Part shown: one piece after another, positions 63,452 through 64,000 of the stretch | Numbering within the stretch: the stretch's first letter is position 1 | Layout of the letters: each line of letters starts with the position of its first letter | Assembly (NCBI GenBank): GCA_963555825.3 | Contig: CAUVXB020000002.1 | Coordinates: forward strand, 1,088,001-1,152,000 | From: Alphaproteobacteria bacterium | Lineage (GTDB): Bacteria > Pseudomonadota > Alphaproteobacteria > JAAXGF01 | Direction of reading: 5' to 3' | Length of the DNA stretch: 64,000 bases | Translations under genes and position numbers: made by a program | The notes under the pieces: model-generated | Seen by the model: only the letters and a program-made list of their open reading frames with translations | Told to the model about the DNA's origin: nothing | The model's database searches: none

Positions 63452-63514
63452 CGCCAAAACGATCCAACCAGTTTAAACCCGACCCGGGCGCCTGGCGCCC
63501 GGGTCGATGAGTGC

Positions 63515-63546
63515 GAAAGGGGCCACCCATTGGGTGGCCCCTTTCT
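63515..63546 (+). terminator. Intrinsic terminator after phasin
   Basis: GAAAGGGGCCACCCA/TGGGTGGCCCCTTTC hairpin. Confidence 0.75.
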
Positions 63547-63626
63547 GCATGGCCTTGCGCGCACCGCCGGTTGACGCTGTAATCACGTCCCGCCGACCGG
63601 CATGCCAGACTTGTGGGACGAGCGCG

Positions 63627-63971
63627 ATGACCAGCGAGCAGATCAGCTTCGACGACTTCCTCAAGGTCGACATTCGCGTCGGCACCATCGTCGCCTGCGA
63701 TTATTTTTCCGAGGCGCGCAAGCCGGCCTACAAGCTGCGCATCGACTTCGGCCCCGAGATCGGCGTCAAGAAATTGTCGGCGCAGATGACCGAGCTTTAC
63801 GCGCGCGACGCGGTGATCGGCCGTCAGGTCGCCGCGGTGGTCAACTTCCCGCCGCGCCAGATCGGCCCGTTCATGTCGGAAGTGCTGGTGCTCGGCTTCC
63901 CGCGCGACGACGGCGCGGTGGCGATGATCACGGTCGATCCGCCGGTGCCCAACGGCGGCCGCATGTTCTAG
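63627..63971 (+). CDS. csaA: tRNA-binding/secretion chaperone CsaA
   Basis: DFLKVDIRVGTI, ARKPAYKL, VNFPPRQIG. Confidence 0.9.
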   Translation: MTSEQISFDDFLKVDIRVGTIVACDYFSEARKPAYKLRIDFGPEIGVKKLSAQMTELYARDAVIGRQVAAVVNFPPRQIGPFMSEVLVLGFPRDDGAVAMITVDPPVPNGGRMF

Positions 63972-64000
63972 CCTCTCCAACAAACGCAAGAAGAAACGTA

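Overview
High-GC alphaproteobacterial chromosome segment; the gene order looks Rhodospirillales/Rhizobiales-like. The backbone carries msbA-like, cysQ, pmbA, ubiD, nfeD/SPFH, ubiA/rsmE, pntAAB, rpsU, two def genes, COQ9, FMN riboswitch-ribH, purE, ubiX, ychF-pth-rplY-prs, pgeF-lgt-hldD, ubiK, proC, phasin and csaA. About 10 kb (~16%, hand sum) is mobile DNA: IS256, IS1182 with a nested IS630, two copies of a second IS630, two copies of an IS3-like element (one with a 14-bp target duplication), and a transposase-less IS1595-type cassette. Many accessory genes are broken. Three unexplained patterns stand out. (1) Four backbone genes (ubiD, ubiA, rsmE, a CoA-transferase) have a second copy of their 3' end downstream, bracketing small integrase-free cargo (HEPN-motif protein, VOC protein, an AT-rich palindrome, a GH18-like enzyme); one case made an in-frame pmbA/ubiD chimera. 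(2) A modular, structure-conserving ~135-180 bp repeat occurs five times, each copy next to a stop codon. (3) Same-orientation degenerate hairpin clusters separate the accessory genes at 1.2-9.1 kb. No CRISPR array, rRNA or tRNA was seen. Coordinates and identity counts were done by hand and may be off by a few bases.
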